This document shows, piece after piece, positions 60,721 through 64,000 of a stretch of DNA of 64,000 nt. The DNA comes from Blastocladiella emersonii ATCC 22665 (Eukaryota; Fungi; Blastocladiomycota), in NCBI GenBank assembly GCA_025594325.1, contig JANHCV010000013.1, positions 496,001-560,000 of the forward strand, read 5' to 3'. Numbering within the stretch: position 1 is the first letter of the stretch; the number at the start of each line of letters is the position of its first letter. A model generated the notes under the pieces. The model ran no database searches. It saw only the letters and a program-made list of their open reading frames with translations, and had not been told where the DNA came from. A program made the translations under genes and the position numbers.

Positions 60721-61439
60721 GCGTGTGGCAACCAGCCACCTGGTCGCATGTGACCAACCGCACACCTGTTCCTGCGCTGCCTGCTGCCCGCGGCGGCGCT
60801 CCCGGCATTTGCATCCACGCTCCCCTCACCCCGCCTTGGGTTCGGGGCTGGAGGCAGAAATACACATCCCTGACTAGCTGTATCGTGGTCTCCTCGTGTC
60901 CCTCTCCTCGCCACGCTACATTTTTTTCAGCTAGTTGTCCTCATGGCATCCGAACCTCCCATCACCCTCTCTACCACTCAGACGCTGCCCGCCACCTGGC
61001 CTGGTCCGTTTTTTTTCTTCTCCTTCAAGCTCTCGGTTTCTTGCACAGCACGGCGCTTGCCTCGCGCTATCCCCTACCACGCCGTCCGCCTGGCCCTCCT
61101 GCTTGCGCCGCGCTTAGCGCGCACTCTGCTGGCACCGGTGCAGTCACTTTTGCGCGCCCAACGCCTCAGAGGCAGCCAGCCGCCGCCTCGGTCTCCCCCT
61201 CGCCCGCCATGCGGCCCATCCTGTGTTGCGGGCTGTTTCCCGCCACTGTACGCCACCGTTGCTGCTCGCCTCGTGTGTTAGTCTAGTTTTGAGTGCGTCT
61301 GCCACGGTGCTCGCCACCCTGCTTGCCACCACCCACCCGCCCGCTCTGGTCGCACGGGTTCTTCTTCCCCCTCGGCGCCCTCTGGACCGCGCGCCTGCCC
61401 GTCTCTGCAATGCGCGCCGTCTGCGTCTCAGCTATCTCG

Positions 61440-61700
61440 CCGCGCTCCGCCACCGTGCACACCCTCGCGCAGGCGCCACCACCTGCCCTCCCCGTCGCGC
61501 CCACGCCCGCCGCTCGCGCAGATCGCCGCAGCGCTGTCGCGCCCGCGCTCCGCCACCGTGCACACCCTCAAGCAGGCGCCACCGCTGGCCCTTGGCTCGC
61601 GCTTCGCGTGCTGGTCGCTTCCTCAGCCGCCTGCCCTTCCCATCGCGCTCGCGCCCGCCGCTCGCGCAGATCGCCGCAGCGCCATCGCGCGTGCCTGGCA
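61440..61700 (+). repeat. Local imperfect tandem duplication (about 105-130 bp)
   Basis: CACCGTGCACACCCTC and CCCGCCGCTCGCGCAGATCGCCGCAGCGC each occur twice. Confidence 0.7.
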
Positions 61701-63599
61701 TCACCGTCCTGCGTCTTTGTGCAGTTCCTGCAATAGCTGGACCACGTTGCTCGCCCTCATCATCCTCGGCCGCGGCGTCACGCACTCGCCGCCGTGCCCT
61801 GCATACCCGCCCACCCGCCGGTTCCTTCGCCGCCGCCGCCGTCTTCAACGCGGCCGCTCGCCCTCATCATTGCGGCCACCGCCTCGTGCAGCCGTGGCGA
61901 CGCCATGCGCGCTTGTCCTGCTCGGCCCACCATTGCCGGCCCCCGCCCATATTGACTACAACAACGAAAACGACAAGATAAGAACAGAAGAACAACCTCA
62001 ACCGCGGCAGCTACCACTCGTGCAGCTGCGGCGCTGCTGTGCGCGCTTGCCCATCTCGGCCCGCTATTGCCAGCCGCTGCCACGCGCGTCCGCCCTGCTT
62101 AGGCCGCTGTCGCTGGCCGTCGACCACATCCATATCTACCACACCAACAACATCAAAACATCTACATCATCCGCCACCTCACGGCGCCACACCCGGCCGC
62201 CGGGTCGCCTGCTCGCGCGCCTGCGGCGGTTGGTCGCTGCCGCTGCCCCCGCCGTCTGTCACGCGCCTTCGCGTCGACCTCCAGCTGTGCGCATCCAGCC
62301 CGCCCTCAAGCTCCATGGCCGCCGGCACTCTGTCACGCTCGCGCGCCTGCTCAAGTTCCAGCCGTGTACCTCCCCCGCCACCCCGTGGTCAGCCGCGCAC
62401 CGTCGCCGTCACTGCCACCTGGCCTGCGCCGTCACTGGCTGCCCACGTTCTTCTCGCTCAAGTTCCTCTCGTTTCGCCCGCCGGCCTCCCGCTCCCCGTC
62501 CTCCACGTTCTCAGCCTCGACTCTCCTGGTCCCCAGCGCGTCTCTGCTACCTTGCCAACCGCCAGCCGCCATCGGCTGCGCGCACCCTGCGCACCTCACG
62601 CACCCGCCCCACGTCCAGCTCGCCACCCTCATGAGCCCAAGTGATCCCCGTACCCGCGCCTCGCAGCGCCACGACGTCCTCGTTGTCCATCCACGGCGCT
62701 CCAGGTCCTGCGCGGCTCGTGGTCCCCACTCGCGCTTGTGCGGTGGCGCTGCGACCTCCGCTGCGGCCTCAACGTCGGCGCTGTACCGCCCTGCACACAC
62801 ACACACACGCGATAGCGTACAACATAATAATGATACCTCCATCACCAACAACATCTCGCAGGGGCTGACGTCATCATTGCAGCCCGATAGGGCCGACGTC
62901 GTCCTTGCGCGCTCCTCCGGCTTCATCTTTGTCGCGCGATAGCGCCTGAGGTCCTTGCGCTCCTTTGGTCAGGCCCGCCGCTGCCGGGCGCGTCGCCACG
63001 CCTGCCGCCGCCCACGATCCATCCTCAACATCTTTGGCGACGTCTTCTGCTTCAGCACCCCCAGCAACGTCTTCCACGGCACCTCATGCAGCTTCTCCCA
63101 CACCATGCTCTGCAATTCCCCCTGCATCGGCCGAGCTTGACGGCTCCGCGCCACCAGAGCGCCCCAGCTCGCCCATTGTCTTTCTGCCTTGGCCGTCAGG
63201 CACCCGCTTGGCAGGCTGCGCGACTGCAAGCGCGTCAACTCCAACATCTGCGGCACCGTGGACAGGCGAGTACTAGCAGTTCCTCGCCATCAAGGCCGTC
63301 GTCAGCGCCGCACTGCGCCTCGCCTGCTCAACAACACTACTCCAAGCTGTTCTTCGTTTGCCACCAACGCCTCGTACGTCGGCATTGGCGCCGCCCTCCT
63401 CCAGGGTATCCGCAACTCCCCGCGCCGCTTCAACTCTGCATCCCGCTCTCTGCGGTCAGCCGAGCGCACACTCTCGGTCTCCAAGCTCAAGCTCATCTGC
63501 ATTGTCTCTGCGCGCAACCGCTGCGGCACCAACCTCCGCGGCCGGCACCGCCGCCTCAACGCGTGCCACGTCTGGTGCCACTACCTCCACGCCCAAGCT

Positions 63600-63905
63600 C
63601 ACGCTGCGCTGGCCAACGCTGTGCTCGCCTGCGCCGCGCCACGTTTGCCTACGCTGCCTTCGCCTGCGCCGCGCTCATGCCGCGCCCGCGCTGTGCCTCA
63701 ATCGCCTGCGCTGCGCTCACCTGCTCCGCGTCACAATCGCCTACAACGCGTTTGCCCGCGTCTTGCGCGCCTGCGTCACGCTCACGTCGCGCTTGCCTGC
63801 GTCACGCTCACGTCGCGCTCGCTTGCGCCACGCTCACGTTGCGCTCGCCTGCACTACGCTCAAGCCGCGCTCGCCTGCACTACGCTCAAGCCGCGCTCGC
63901 CCACA
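63600..63905 (+). repeat. Degenerate GC-rich tandem repeats
   Basis: GCGCTCGCCTGCACTACGCTCAAGCC occurs twice, and several CGTCACGCTCACGTCGCGCT-type units are present. Confidence 0.7.
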
Positions 63906-64000
63906 TGTTCTCGCAAAAGCGACTCTTGCCCATCCTCGCCAACTGGCTCGACACGCTCCTGTCGCCCACCTGCCCAGTGTCCTCAACGTCCCAACATCCT

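Overview
GC-rich eukaryotic DNA with short (60-90 nt) GT..AG spliceosomal introns (GTACG/GTGCG/GTATG donors, CTRAC-like branch sites). By inference it is fungal, and the ankyrin-like 'MDxASxxGxVxVLxxWxxSGLPL' repeats resemble those of zoosporic fungi. All spliced gene models were read by eye and checked for frame. There are four single-copy genes: an HSPA12-like Hsp70, an atypical prodomain-less metacaspase, a C2H2 zinc-finger protein and an APD1/AIM32-type ferredoxin. They sit in a fast-evolving cluster of two uncharacterised families. Family A has nine copies: an F-box-like N-terminus, a helical body, a conserved phase-1 intron and a C-terminal exon that in most copies carries a CxxCP-YQxxWRD...NxCC motif. 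Family D has three copies plus a possible relic: ankyrin-like repeats followed by RNI-like LRRs. Several copies form tight head-to-head pairs. Many copies are disabled by nonsense codons, deletions or transposons whose ends and target duplications resolve exactly: a solo LTR, a PIF/Harbinger element and a CACTA element. A TG..CA MITE lies outside the genes. The most striking structure is an 11.2-kb element (21165-32376) with a TA target duplication, 35-bp perfect TIRs and inverted 11-bp subterminal arrays. It contains an intron-bearing IS630/Tc1-type transposase and cargo genes. No rRNA, tRNA or CRISPR array was seen.
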